In this document: one piece after another, positions 39,019 to 48,481 of the stretch
Layout of the letters: each line of letters starts with the position of its first letter
Position numbering within the stretch: the stretch's first letter is position 1
NCBI GenBank assembly: GCA_020348985.1
Contig: CP070761.1
Span: 2,563,445 to 2,627,444 of the forward strand
Direction: 5' to 3'
Length of the DNA stretch: 64,000 bases
Origin: Candidatus Thorarchaeota archaeon
GTDB taxonomy: Archaea > Asgardarchaeota > Thorarchaeia > Thorarchaeales > Thorarchaeaceae
Program-made: the position numbers and the translations under genes
Notes under the pieces: generated by a model
Databases searched by the model: none
What the model saw: only the letters and a program-made list of their open reading frames with translations
What the model was told of the DNA's origin: nothing

Positions 39019-40011
39019 CTATCTTGTTTTACCAATCATTCGCATGCCGTACTTTCTGTATTTGGCAAGAATCTGAATCACTTTTGGATGTGCCACGCCA
39101 GTCTTCTCAGCGATTTGCTCAGGTGTTAGAGAACCATTGCATAGCTTGACAATCTCTATGTCAGGGCCTTGGATTTTGGAGAGGTCGCCCTCAAACTTAG
39201 GACATTTCACAAATCGGCCCATAGCTGCTTCTTCTGCGGCTACAGCCTCCTCTCCACCTTCTGGCACAGTCACAATCTTCCGCGACGCCGCCCATTTCAG
39301 AAGGTCGGAGACTCGCTCTGTGGACTGAAACATTGTGTCGGCTATCTCTTCTACGTTCTTGCTTCCATCGACAAGCATCAGAACGTCGAACCCGAAGTTC
39401 CTGTAGGCGGACTTCATCTCGCTGTATAGATCCGACTCAAGTGAAAGCGCTGACGCATACGCTTCGCCCCTCTCAGGAACAGTGGTCGTCGTCACTGAGA
39501 ATGATTCTGGACTTGTCACTTCCGTTTCAGCAGGGGCATCAGCTGTTGCCGATGGTTCGGAAAGTGCTTCTGCTGGCGCGGGTTCAGGTTCAGGAGGTGG
39601 TGCCTCAGTTGCTGCTGCCTTCATAGCGATGCTTTCGAGAACCTGAAGATTGTCTTCAGCTGCATCTTCGAACTCTTCTGGAGGTGGTGGGAGCTCAACT
39701 CCTTCTAGAAGTCGTAGGACGTTTTTCGTCTTCGCGATTGCAAGACCCAGCTGCAATTCCGGAACGTATAGAACGGTCAGAATCCAATTTTCATCTACTG
39801 GAGACAGGACAACAAGACCTCGGTCCGTATCAATAGTCATGAGGCGCAGGTCGGACTTGTACAGATTGATGCTGTCCTTGACACGAGGAAATAGCTCATC
39901 AGGGAAAGCGAAGCTCACAAACGGCCGTCCAGCCTTGGTCATCAGTGAGTATCCTATCACTTGATCATCGAAACGAAGTTTCGAAAGTGCACGTTCCAAG
40001 TCCATGGACAT
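39019..40011 (-). CDS. Roadblock/longin-like N-domain + Pro/Ala/Glu linker + two wHTH-like domains
   Basis: VIGYSLMTKAG...LGLAI; LVDGSKNVEEIA; LCNGSLTPEQIA; paralogue of 41929..42861. Confidence 0.65.
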   Translation of the reverse strand: MSMDLERALSKLRFDDQVIGYSLMTKAGRPFVSFAFPDELFPRVKDSINLYKSDLRLMTIDTDRGLVVLSPVDENWILTVLYVPELQLGLAIAKTKNVLRLLEGVELPPPPEEFEDAAEDNLQVLESIAMKAAATEAPPPEPEPAPAEALSEPSATADAPAETEVTSPESFSVTTTTVPERGEAYASALSLESDLYSEMKSAYRNFGFDVLMLVDGSKNVEEIADTMFQSTERVSDLLKWAASRKIVTVPEGGEEAVAAEEAAMGRFVKCPKFEGDLSKIQGPDIEIVKLCNGSLTPEQIAEKTGVAHPKVIQILAKYRKYGMRMIGKTR

Positions 40012-40203
40012 TTCCTAACACCCTGCGCAATATGGAATAGGCCCGACCCCGGCCATTCACAGCTCTTCCTCAGATGGTGGTCTATAAAGGATTGTGGTGC
40101 TGTACTCTTCCGCGACGACTCTTTTTCGATTCTCCGAGAGTCAAAAACGATTAAGAAGAGCTGTATCACCCAACAAAGTGCAAGAGCGAGAGGATATTGG
40201 AAG

Positions 40204-40779
40204 ATGAGAAACTTTCTGGGCGCACTAGTTGGCGCTCTAATGGGTACGTCACTAATTGTGGCCATTACAGGGCTCGCCCCACCCTCATATCCTGCGCCCC
40301 TCGACCTTGTATGGTTCGTACTAGCTGGAAGCGAATCACTGCTGCTATCAGTTCTAGATGCCGTTGATCCAACAAGCATGCTTGTGGGAACTATGGTCTG
40401 GATTGCTATGGGGGTAATCGCAGGGCTAGTCGCAACTTCTCGTTGGAATGTTCTAAGATCAGTCCTGTGGATGGGCGTCCTGGTGGCAGTTCTTGGACTT
40501 GTGTCCCTCTTCGCAATATCTCCAGACTTATGGTTTCAGGACCAAGCAGTAAGAAACACAGTGATTCTGTATCGCTTTGTGACAACATTGCTACTGTCAT
40601 TGGTGTCTGTGCTAGGCGCATTGCCAGTAGCTATGGCGATTATTACAATCAGAAAGAAGTCACTAGCCCTCCCTCCAGGTAAAATCGAGACAATATGTGA
40701 ATGCGGTGCGATCTTCAAGTCAAAGCCATTGATGTGTTCTGAATGTGGAAGGTTTTTGAGTGACAACCAGTCCAAATAG
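40204..40779 (+). CDS. Membrane protein with C-terminal Zn ribbon
   Basis: Several TM segments; CECG...CSECG; ATG at 40204. Confidence 0.7.
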   Translation: MRNFLGALVGALMGTSLIVAITGLAPPSYPAPLDLVWFVLAGSESLLLSVLDAVDPTSMLVGTMVWIAMGVIAGLVATSRWNVLRSVLWMGVLVAVLGLVSLFAISPDLWFQDQAVRNTVILYRFVTTLLLSLVSVLGALPVAMAIITIRKKSLALPPGKIETICECGAIFKSKPLMCSECGRFLSDNQSK

Positions 40780-40797
40780 ACCGAACACCGAGAGGCA

Positions 40798-41346
40798 TCA
40801 GCGATCCCGGCTTATTCCTCCTCCCAATAGGCCACCAACAATGGATGCAACGCCAGGCCAGATGCTTCCTTGAAGTGCAAGTTGCATGATAATCATGGAC
40901 TCGGTGCCGAATAGTGCGAAGAGGTCGGCATAGGGCTGAATTAGAAAAATCAGGAGCCAAGTCAGGAATGCACCGATGATAACGGCAAACAAGGATGCGA
41001 AGAGGCCTTCGAGGAAGCCCCTAGCTAGAAGCCCAGCGACAAGACCTGCTGTGCCCCATGTGACAAATGTGAGAACAGTTGTCTGGGTTGCGCCAAAGCT
41101 CAGGTGGCTTCCAAGATAATACGGATAAAGCACAGTCCCAACAATAGCCACCCGCAATTCTAAGTCGTTCACAGACAAAAACTCGGACACGAGTGCAGGT
41201 GGAATTACCTGTGAAGGTATGAACAGGCCGAATGTCAAGACTAGGAAAGCCATTACATATGCTACGACAAGTCCTACAATCATTCCAAGTCCTTGACCCA
41301 ATGCATATCCTCCAGTGGTTCTTCTAGCTCTCAAGTCCTCTCTCAA
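40798..41346 (-). CDS. Hypothetical multi-pass membrane protein
   Basis: ~4 Gly-rich TM segments. Confidence 0.7.
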   Translation of the reverse strand: MREDLRARRTTGGYALGQGLGMIVGLVVAYVMAFLVLTFGLFIPSQVIPPALVSEFLSVNDLELRVAIVGTVLYPYYLGSHLSFGATQTTVLTFVTWGTAGLVAGLLARGFLEGLFASLFAVIIGAFLTWLLIFLIQPYADLFALFGTESMIIMQLALQGSIWPGVASIVGGLLGGGISRDR

Positions 41347-41400
41347 GTGTTCACTTTTATGCCTATTCCATGGGAACTAAGCCTAGAACACACTGGAGGT

Positions 41401-41907
41401 CTAGTCTCTGAGTCGAATGGTCCAGGTGCATGTTCCGTCTCCTACAGCTTTGCACGACTCTTGATAGGCTTCTCCGTTGAATCCTCGCAGATCGAGAACA
41501 GCCTGAAACACTCCGCTTACAAGATTGCAATACTGGAGACCTGGCATGTCGGTGATATGGACACCTTCACATAGCGGACACTCTTCATCGCTAAACTTCA
41601 CAGCTCGCTTGTCATCACTCAGCCAGATGTTTGTGAATTCTTGACCCGAGTTGACCTTGTAGGCGAGATGGAGGGTCGACGAGAATTCGTGAAATGCCTT
41701 TGCGTGCGCTCGGATCCTCTCCGCATAATCCATGAGCAGGTGCTCGCCTACCTTGTACCCCATGTCCAACAGCTTCTCATTAATGGCATCGACACTTTCG
41801 CTGCTCGATATCAACAAGTTGAGGAGCTCCCGATACATGCTCTGAAACAGGGGCTTAGCGACCTTCGGTGTCATGAATCTCCAGGCTACCTTTCCTCTGA
41901 AGCCCAT
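41401..41907 (-). CDS. V4R/TRAPP Bet3-like protein
   Basis: NEKLLDMGYKVGEHL (Bet3-like); ECPLC; YCNLVSGVF; QESCKAVGDGTCTW. Confidence 0.78.
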   Translation of the reverse strand: MGFRGKVAWRFMTPKVAKPLFQSMYRELLNLLISSSESVDAINEKLLDMGYKVGEHLLMDYAERIRAHAKAFHEFSSTLHLAYKVNSGQEFTNIWLSDDKRAVKFSDEECPLCEGVHITDMPGLQYCNLVSGVFQAVLDLRGFNGEAYQESCKAVGDGTCTWTIRLRD

Positions 41908-41928
41908 TCCTTTGTTCCTCCATGATAT

Positions 41929-42861
41929 CTAGTTGATTTCTATGATCTTTCGGATAAACCGTACGGTCTTGCCACGATAGGGTACGATTGACTGTAGTGC
42001 TTGGAAGTATGGAATGTCCAACTCGCCAGCTATATCATGAATTGTGCGGTTGCCATCACAAAGAGCAAGCACTTCACGGTGCTGTTTCTTTGCCTTGCTT
42101 AGTTTCCCCTCAAATAGAGGAACCTCAACGACCTCCTTCTGACTAGTCTCTTGTACTTCGGGACATTCTAGCGTGACAACATGTCTTGAAGTGCACCATT
42201 TGACAACCTCAAGGACTCGTTCCACTCGTCGGGCCAGAGATTCAGCGATCCCGAATACAGTCCGCTGTTCATCCACCATCAGAAGTACATCGACTCCCAT
42301 GTTGGAAAAACCGCCAACCAGAAGTCTGTTGAGTTCACTATCAATGCTTGTTGCTTCTTGGTACAAATCACCCCGAAGGACCACACAACCATGGGAAATG
42401 GAAATCTCATCGAGTGGTATGTCTTCCTTCTCTTCGACGACAACAACCTCAGGCAGAGCTTCTTGAACAACTGATGCAGAGGCTTGGACTGCTGTTGCAA
42501 CCTCTGTCATGGCGGGAATTATGCGGCTTGGTGGTGGAGGAAGATCCACACCCTCAAGTAGAGTGACCACGTCTTGCGTTCTCTGAAGCGCCAGACCAAG
42601 AGGAGAATCGGGGGAGAAGACCACTGCAAGAACCCAATTGACATCCACTCTTGCAAGGATTACGGTCCCCTCACTGGACATGACATTCATCAGTTTCAAT
42701 GAGGAGGAATAGATTTCCATGGTTCCTTTGATTATCGGCACAGTCTCGTCAGGAAGTGAGAAAGTCAGGAAAGGCATGCCATCGTTGGTAATAAGAGCGT
42801 ATCCATTAACTGATTCATCGTATCTTAGTTTAGTCAGTACACGCTCTAGTGCCAATCCCAA
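41929..42861 (-). CDS. Roadblock/longin-like N-domain + two wHTH-like domains (paralogue of 39019..40011)
   Basis: LERVLTKLRYDESVNGYALITNDG; LLEGVDLPPPP; DVLLMVD; LCDGNRTIHDIA. Confidence 0.65.
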   Translation of the reverse strand: MGLALERVLTKLRYDESVNGYALITNDGMPFLTFSLPDETVPIIKGTMEIYSSSLKLMNVMSSEGTVILARVDVNWVLAVVFSPDSPLGLALQRTQDVVTLLEGVDLPPPPSRIIPAMTEVATAVQASASVVQEALPEVVVVEEKEDIPLDEISISHGCVVLRGDLYQEATSIDSELNRLLVGGFSNMGVDVLLMVDEQRTVFGIAESLARRVERVLEVVKWCTSRHVVTLECPEVQETSQKEVVEVPLFEGKLSKAKKQHREVLALCDGNRTIHDIAGELDIPYFQALQSIVPYRGKTVRFIRKIIEIN

Positions 42862-42938
42862 GACACCCTTCCGTTTTGACCGGCAGATTACCCGCCTAGC
42901 ACTTGCCTTCGACGCTTAAGTAGATTATTCCGAGTAGT

Positions 42939-44042
42939 CTAGCGGACAGACTGACTACATATGAATGAAATGACATCTTGTGGGGTTGGATGGTCGCCCT
43001 CGGATGATGAAATGTATAGAGCAGCGACTGCATTGGCTAGAACTAGACGATCGCTCGGCATCAGATTCAGCAATGTTCCATAGATTGTCCCTGCATTCCA
43101 AGCATCACCGGCTCCGCAGACGATATTGGCATCCACACTAAACGCGGGAATCTTGGTGCACTCTCCATCCTCGATTGTTGCGGCGTAGCTTGGAGTGTGG
43201 AGATCCACGCGGACGCCGGTCTCCATGGAAATCAACTCTGCTGCAGGAAGCCAAAGACCGGACTCTTTGAATGTCTGCTTCCACCTGTCGTTTCTGTCGG
43301 ATAGGGCTTGGGCAAACCATCCAACTTCATTCTCATTCACTCCAAGAATGTCTACCAGACCTTCGCACAGAACCTTTCTAGTAAGAGGTTCTATGATGTC
43401 AGGATTCCCAGAGGGATCTCCAATGTCCATGAAAGTCAGACTCTTTGCTGAATCACGAGCAAAGCCGAAGAGATTCTCAGCAAGAGCAACGGCATTCCTG
43501 TTGTGGTTAAGACATAACAACGCAACAAGTCCACAGTCACGGATTGCGCTTAGGTCGTTCTCGGAAAGGTCCTCAAACGAGAATTCTGCGGCAGATCCAC
43601 TGTCGCTTACCATCAGATTCACTCTTCGTCCTTCATATTCAGTCTCAATTGAGACTGTGGAAGAGAGGGCCCCGTTGTCCTTTACAAGACCGAGATCCAA
43701 TTCAGGGCTGACCAATACTTCAAGAATGGACGCACCCTTTTTGTCTGTCTTGACAATCAGTTTTGGGTTCGCGCCGAGGGCTTGCAGAGCTGACGCAGTG
43801 TTAACCGAGTTCCCCCCGCGAGAGATGATTTGAGACGTGCCGATTAGATTGCCGCCACCTTGTTCAGCAAGTTTCCTCAGGTCCGCCATGAAGTCCTCGA
43901 AAGAGCCAGTAATGACAAAATGATCTAGGAAGAAGTCAGGAAGAATGACGGGATATGGCACTGGTGGTGGGTCACGAAGAATCTTGACGAGCCGGTCGAA
44001 ATCCAGCTCCATCCTCTCCGTATTATATTGCCCTTTCCGCAC
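42939..44042 (-). CDS. PfkB family carbohydrate kinase
   Basis: GGNSVNTA, NENE, CGAGDAW. Confidence 0.85.
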   Translation of the reverse strand: MRKGQYNTERMELDFDRLVKILRDPPPVPYPVILPDFFLDHFVITGSFEDFMADLRKLAEQGGGNLIGTSQIISRGGNSVNTASALQALGANPKLIVKTDKKGASILEVLVSPELDLGLVKDNGALSSTVSIETEYEGRRVNLMVSDSGSAAEFSFEDLSENDLSAIRDCGLVALLCLNHNRNAVALAENLFGFARDSAKSLTFMDIGDPSGNPDIIEPLTRKVLCEGLVDILGVNENEVGWFAQALSDRNDRWKQTFKESGLWLPAAELISMETGVRVDLHTPSYAATIEDGECTKIPAFSVDANIVCGAGDAWNAGTIYGTLLNLMPSDRLVLANAVAALYISSSEGDHPTPQDVISFICSQSVR

Positions 44043-44485
44043 TAGACTTTTTTGAGCGCGGCCTTGACCATTTCGGTCAAACGATCTTCATCTATTCCAG
44101 ACTTTTTGGCGACCTTGGAGATCTCCATGTAGGCCAAATCCTCGAGAGTTTTTATTCCGGCATCGACAAGCAATTGCGCCTCAGCCTTATTCACTGCGCG
44201 CAGAGACGATAGTTCAGCCACCGCATCCTCAATAGCCTTGAAAGGAACTTCCACGGACACACTTGCTGCAACTTCCTGGATGGTCTTGCTGAATTCTGTG
44301 AGGGCTTCGGCATTTTCAGGATGACTAGTCTTCCGACGAAGATCTACGATAACACCCATTCTTCTTGCCTCCTTCACCGTCAAGCCAGCCGCTTGAATCT
44401 CCGCCCTGCTAAAGCCGCGTCCAATCCTAGGTTGGCCGTCTCTAGGAGACTTCACGGATGGATCCGAAAACGAATCGTAGCTCAT
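44042..44485 (-). CDS. rpl13e: 50S ribosomal protein L13e fused to a C-terminal helix-hairpin-helix domain
   Basis: RIGRGFSRAEIQAAGL...VDLRRKTSHPEN; LSSLRAVNKAEAQLLVDAGIKTLEDLA...SGI. Confidence 0.85.
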   Translation of the reverse strand: MSYDSFSDPSVKSPRDGQPRIGRGFSRAEIQAAGLTVKEARRMGVIVDLRRKTSHPENAEALTEFSKTIQEVAASVSVEVPFKAIEDAVAELSSLRAVNKAEAQLLVDAGIKTLEDLAYMEISKVAKKSGIDEDRLTEMVKAALKKV

Positions 44486-44579
44486 GTGCTAGTCACCTGA
44501 CTTTGCAGCCGAGCCGGTGGTGCGCTTATTAGGCTTTCGAGATAGGAGCTGTTTCAGGGCTTCCGGTGGATTCGTCAAA

Positions 44580-45395
44580 TCAGAAGTCCTCCAAGGAAGA
44601 TTGGGACACAGACATGTAAGAGAGCATACGGTCGAGTTTGTTATCTTGTCTTTGAGAAACAAGACCCATCATCTTTATCATTTGTAGTGCATTCAGAGGC
44701 GCGTTTCCATGGAAGTGGTTGTTGAAGTATCCAAGAACTGGGTCTGCCTGCTTCATCACCTCTTCGACCCTAGGCACCCATTCCTCAAGCTCCTCCACGG
44801 AATATCGGTAGTTGTACCATGGCCTCTTCCCATGACCATGCCACCGGATGTATGTGAAGTCTGCTGTTATTCTAAGGTCGATTGGTAATTTCGGTTCGTC
44901 AACTATGACATTCGCGATTCCGTAATCTTCCAAGAGACCCCAGACTTTTTTATTGAGCCAGCTTTCATGTCTGAATTCGATTGCATAGCGAAAAGCCGGA
45001 TCAAGTTTGGAGAAGAATGTCTCAAGACTGGCCATGTTCGAGATATCCCAGGGGGGAAGCTGAATGAGTAATGCTTCTATGCGGTCTCTAGCAGGATGCA
45101 TAAGGGAGAAGAACTCGGTCAGAACGTCTCCTCCTTCGCCACGGAGATCCAGCTTATGGTTGTGTGTGACTTTCTTCGGAATCTTTGCTGTGAAGAATTT
45201 CCCCTCTTCTACTCTTTCTGTCAAGTGTTGAATGAATCTGGGAGTTGGCTGCGCATAGAAGGTTGAGTTAATCTCTGCAGTTTCGAATATCTGCATGTAT
45301 TGTTTTAGAAGCGCTCCTGATCTCGAATAGAATGACCCTTTCCAATCATCCGGATAGGACCAGCCACTGCAGCCCAAATGGAGCCCCTTTCTCAT
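44580..45395 (-). CDS. DUF72 (YecE-like) protein
   Basis: GCSGWSY, EINSTFY, QLPP, EFRHESW, YIRWHG, YFNNH. Confidence 0.92.
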   Translation of the reverse strand: MRKGLHLGCSGWSYPDDWKGSFYSRSGALLKQYMQIFETAEINSTFYAQPTPRFIQHLTERVEEGKFFTAKIPKKVTHNHKLDLRGEGGDVLTEFFSLMHPARDRIEALLIQLPPWDISNMASLETFFSKLDPAFRYAIEFRHESWLNKKVWGLLEDYGIANVIVDEPKLPIDLRITADFTYIRWHGHGKRPWYNYRYSVEELEEWVPRVEEVMKQADPVLGYFNNHFHGNAPLNALQMIKMMGLVSQRQDNKLDRMLSYMSVSQSSLEDF

Positions 45396-45490
45396 CCCAA
45401 GTCAGGTTTGCTTAGAACACGTATCGGTTTGTATGTTACGATATGATGAATGAAGCCATGACATGAACACAGAAGTTGATAAGCAGGTGT

Positions 45491-45826
45491 GTGGCCTCGA
45501 AACTCGTGGTCGACGTGATCGCAGAAGATGTGAAGGCAGAGTTCAGCAATCTTGAGATTCACATGGGCCAATTCAGAGAGACGAAGTTCAAGATGAAATG
45601 TAATGTAACCTATGAAGACCAGCTTCTTGTTATGGATGGTGGAAAAAGGGTGGCAAGACTGCACGCCCGCAACATAGGCAATGTCCATCTTGAAAAGAAA
45701 GCCCTTCGAATCTCTGCCCTCAACTTCGAGATTGTCGAGGGAGAAAATGTAAGCGTTGTGACCGGATCTATTCAGGTGGAGTTTGGAATAGACACCGATG
45801 CTTGGTATCAAGAGCTCTGGGGATAA
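45491..45826 (+). CDS. Hypothetical protein (possible PH-like beta fold)
   Basis: Beta-rich pattern ending in helix DAWYQELW; GTG start after AGGTG. Confidence 0.55.
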   Translation: MASKLVVDVIAEDVKAEFSNLEIHMGQFRETKFKMKCNVTYEDQLLVMDGGKRVARLHARNIGNVHLEKKALRISALNFEIVEGENVSVVTGSIQVEFGIDTDAWYQELWG

Positions 45827-45888
45827 AGGCAGGGTTCATATACACCATAGGTTGCAGACGAGCCCCCGCCCTGTGGAGGTTCAGAGGA

Positions 45889-47190
45889 ATGGCGGAGAGT
45901 TTCAGGTACATAGAGCTTCAACTTGTCGATATTCTTGGGAGAGTCAAAGCCATGACAATCCCGAGTTCACCACTCAATTCTTTGGAGGAACTCGGGACTG
46001 ACACCAGTTTCTTGAACGGCACAAGCATTGATGGTAGCTCAATACTAGGCTTGGCTTCCGTCGAAGCGTCAGACTTGAGATTGGTCCCCGATCCTGAATC
46101 TCTCGTTGATCTTCCCTATACAAAACAACGAACGGCCGCCGCGCTTTGCTTCGTACGGGACAAGATTGAGAGCGAAGGGCAGCACTATCCAAAGGACTGC
46201 AGAGGTGCCTTGCACAGGGTTTGCGAGGAGCACCTCCCCGGAAGTCTCAGTCTCAAGGTTAAGGTTGAACCCGAATTCAGCTTCATAACCTTTGAAGGAG
46301 AGCCCTACGATGATGGAGGGTATGCAGATGTATATCCAGCAGTCCCAAGCTCAGACATCTTGATGGAGATTGCGGATGCAATCCAGAGAATGGGCATGCA
46401 GCCAAGAGTCATTCATCATGAGGTAGGCGAAGCCCAACAAGAGATAGAGCTTGATTTTGAAGACGTAACAGTAATGGCTGACAACATCATTCGCTTCAAG
46501 GCTCTGGCGAGAGCAATAGCACTTGCACATGGCATTGACGTCTCATTCCTGCCAAAACCGTTTGCTGGTTCTGCCGGGAATGGGTTACACTGCCACCTTC
46601 AGCTATGGGATGGGAAGAAGAATCTTTTTGGTAGCGAAGGCACCAGTAACCTGTCAGAGAAAGGGGAATGGTTTGTTGCAGGACTCCTAGCGCATTCATC
46701 GGCACTGACTGCAATCGCCAATCCAAGCATCAATTCATTCAAGCGCCTGGTACCGCATCATGAAGCACCCGTATACAAATGCTGGGGACCCATGAACCGA
46801 ACAGCTTTGATCAGAGAGCCGTTATTTAGCCAGCCGGAGAAGGCGGCTATTGAGTTTAGATCTCCAGACCCGCTTGCCAATCCGTATCTTCTATTCTCAG
46901 CTATAATAGCTAGCGGGATGGATGGAATCAATCGCCAGCTTTCACCTCCAAGCCCCATAAGCAGAGATGTCTTCCAGCTCAGCGAAGAGAAACTACGCAA
47001 ACTCCGTGTTGAGATGTTACCATCCTCATTAGATGAGGCAATTGATTACCTAGAGAACGACAAAGTCATCAGGGACGCCCTTGGCGACCACATCTTCGAG
47101 ACATACGTCAAGATCAAACGAAAAGAATCTGAAGATTACATGAGAGGGAGCGTCACAGACTGGGAGTGGCGTCGATACCAAGACATCTAA
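45889..47190 (+). CDS. glnA: Glutamine synthetase family protein (type I)
   Basis: DGSSI, EPEF, HHEV, KPFAGSAGNGLH, NSFKRL, NRTALIR, IEFRSPD. Confidence 0.85.
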   Translation: MAESFRYIELQLVDILGRVKAMTIPSSPLNSLEELGTDTSFLNGTSIDGSSILGLASVEASDLRLVPDPESLVDLPYTKQRTAAALCFVRDKIESEGQHYPKDCRGALHRVCEEHLPGSLSLKVKVEPEFSFITFEGEPYDDGGYADVYPAVPSSDILMEIADAIQRMGMQPRVIHHEVGEAQQEIELDFEDVTVMADNIIRFKALARAIALAHGIDVSFLPKPFAGSAGNGLHCHLQLWDGKKNLFGSEGTSNLSEKGEWFVAGLLAHSSALTAIANPSINSFKRLVPHHEAPVYKCWGPMNRTALIREPLFSQPEKAAIEFRSPDPLANPYLLFSAIIASGMDGINRQLSPPSPISRDVFQLSEEKLRKLRVEMLPSSLDEAIDYLENDKVIRDALGDHIFETYVKIKRKESEDYMRGSVTDWEWRRYQDI

Positions 47191-48341
47191 CCTTCGAAGT
47201 ATGCCTTCAACCTGTCAAATGCCTCGTCGACTGCCTCCGGTGTCAGAGGTCCGATAGAGAGTCTGATGAATCCCTCACCTGACGTGCCAAACACACTTCC
47301 AGGCAAAACAAGAACCTCAGCGGTCTGCAGAATATCCAATACTAGTGATCTCGAATCTGTACATCCTTTCACCCTTGGAAACATATAGAATGTTCCTGCA
47401 GTCCGCACCGTCTCTAACGCCTCAATTTCGCTGATTCTAAGGTATGCCAAGTCTCTAAGGAGCTTCAGCTTCTGAATTTCCTCATCTATCTTCAGAAGTC
47501 CACTTTTTAGAACCTCAAGAGCAAGCATCTGACCAGCTGTTGGAGCACAAATTGTAATTGTATCCTGAACCTTGAGGAACTCCTTAGTGAAGTCCGGAGG
47601 TCCGACAACATATCCAACTCTCCACCCACTCATGCCGAAATCCTTTGAGAAGCTACCAAGTGTAATAACATGTTTGCCAGCATCTCTTCGAGATCGAGGA
47701 CTATAATGAATAGAATCATCGAAAGCCATTCGCGCGTAGGTTTCGTCGGTAATAAGCCAGAGATTCCGGTCAATACAGATGTCTGTGACTGCATCGATGG
47801 TCTCTCTGTCGTACACGGCTCCAGTGGGGTTGTTGGGAGTGATCAGAAGCACTGCACACGTTCTGTCATCTATGGCAGCTTCGATATTCTCTACTTCTGG
47901 CTTGAAGCTACCGTTTACAGGGACCTCCTTGACATGACCGCCAAAAAGATTGACGGCCATTAGCGAATTGAAATAATGTGGGCTTGGGATTACGATATTC
48001 TGACCAGTCAGCATTATTGTTAGAATAGTCCCAGCGAAGGCCGAGTTTGCTCCCGTCGTTACAACGAGCTCAGTTGAGGGGTCCACTTGAAGGCCCGAAT
48101 TCTGTCGGAGGTAGATGGCAAGTTCCTCTCTCAGTTCTACCAATCCTGGATCAGGAGTGTATCTATGTGCAGAGGGATGCATTATCCGTTCTGTCAATAT
48201 GTCGAGACAAGGCCTAGGGGGTATGTGTCCAGGAAGACCTTGGCCGAGATTGAGGAAGCTAGATGCACCAATGTGTTTCTTGGCTGCCTCCTGTAGCTCT
48301 GCAATTGGTGGGGGCATTATGTCGCTCGTTCGAAATCTCAT
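47187..48341 (-). CDS. PLP-dependent aminotransferase class I/II
   Basis: PNNPTG, DETY, SFSKDFGMSGWRVG. Confidence 0.92.
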   Translation of the reverse strand: MRFRTSDIMPPPIAELQEAAKKHIGASSFLNLGQGLPGHIPPRPCLDILTERIMHPSAHRYTPDPGLVELREELAIYLRQNSGLQVDPSTELVVTTGANSAFAGTILTIMLTGQNIVIPSPHYFNSLMAVNLFGGHVKEVPVNGSFKPEVENIEAAIDDRTCAVLLITPNNPTGAVYDRETIDAVTDICIDRNLWLITDETYARMAFDDSIHYSPRSRRDAGKHVITLGSFSKDFGMSGWRVGYVVGPPDFTKEFLKVQDTITICAPTAGQMLALEVLKSGLLKIDEEIQKLKLLRDLAYLRISEIEALETVRTAGTFYMFPRVKGCTDSRSLVLDILQTAEVLVLPGSVFGTSGEGFIRLSIGPLTPEAVDEAFDRLKAYFEG

Positions 48342-48481
48342 GCTTTAGATTCTCCAGTCGTTCAACTTCTAGAGACTAGGTGTCCCTCAAACTGATAGAA
48401 TTGGAGGTAGGCTGCATTACTGATAATGACTTCGATAGAAAGCGTTAAGAGCTCCTCGTTTTGGTGCGACTTTGTGATATA

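Noticed and set aside
45443-45480. C/D box sRNA (AUGAUGA; also at ~59852)
   Set aside because: No CUGA box D at a suitable distance
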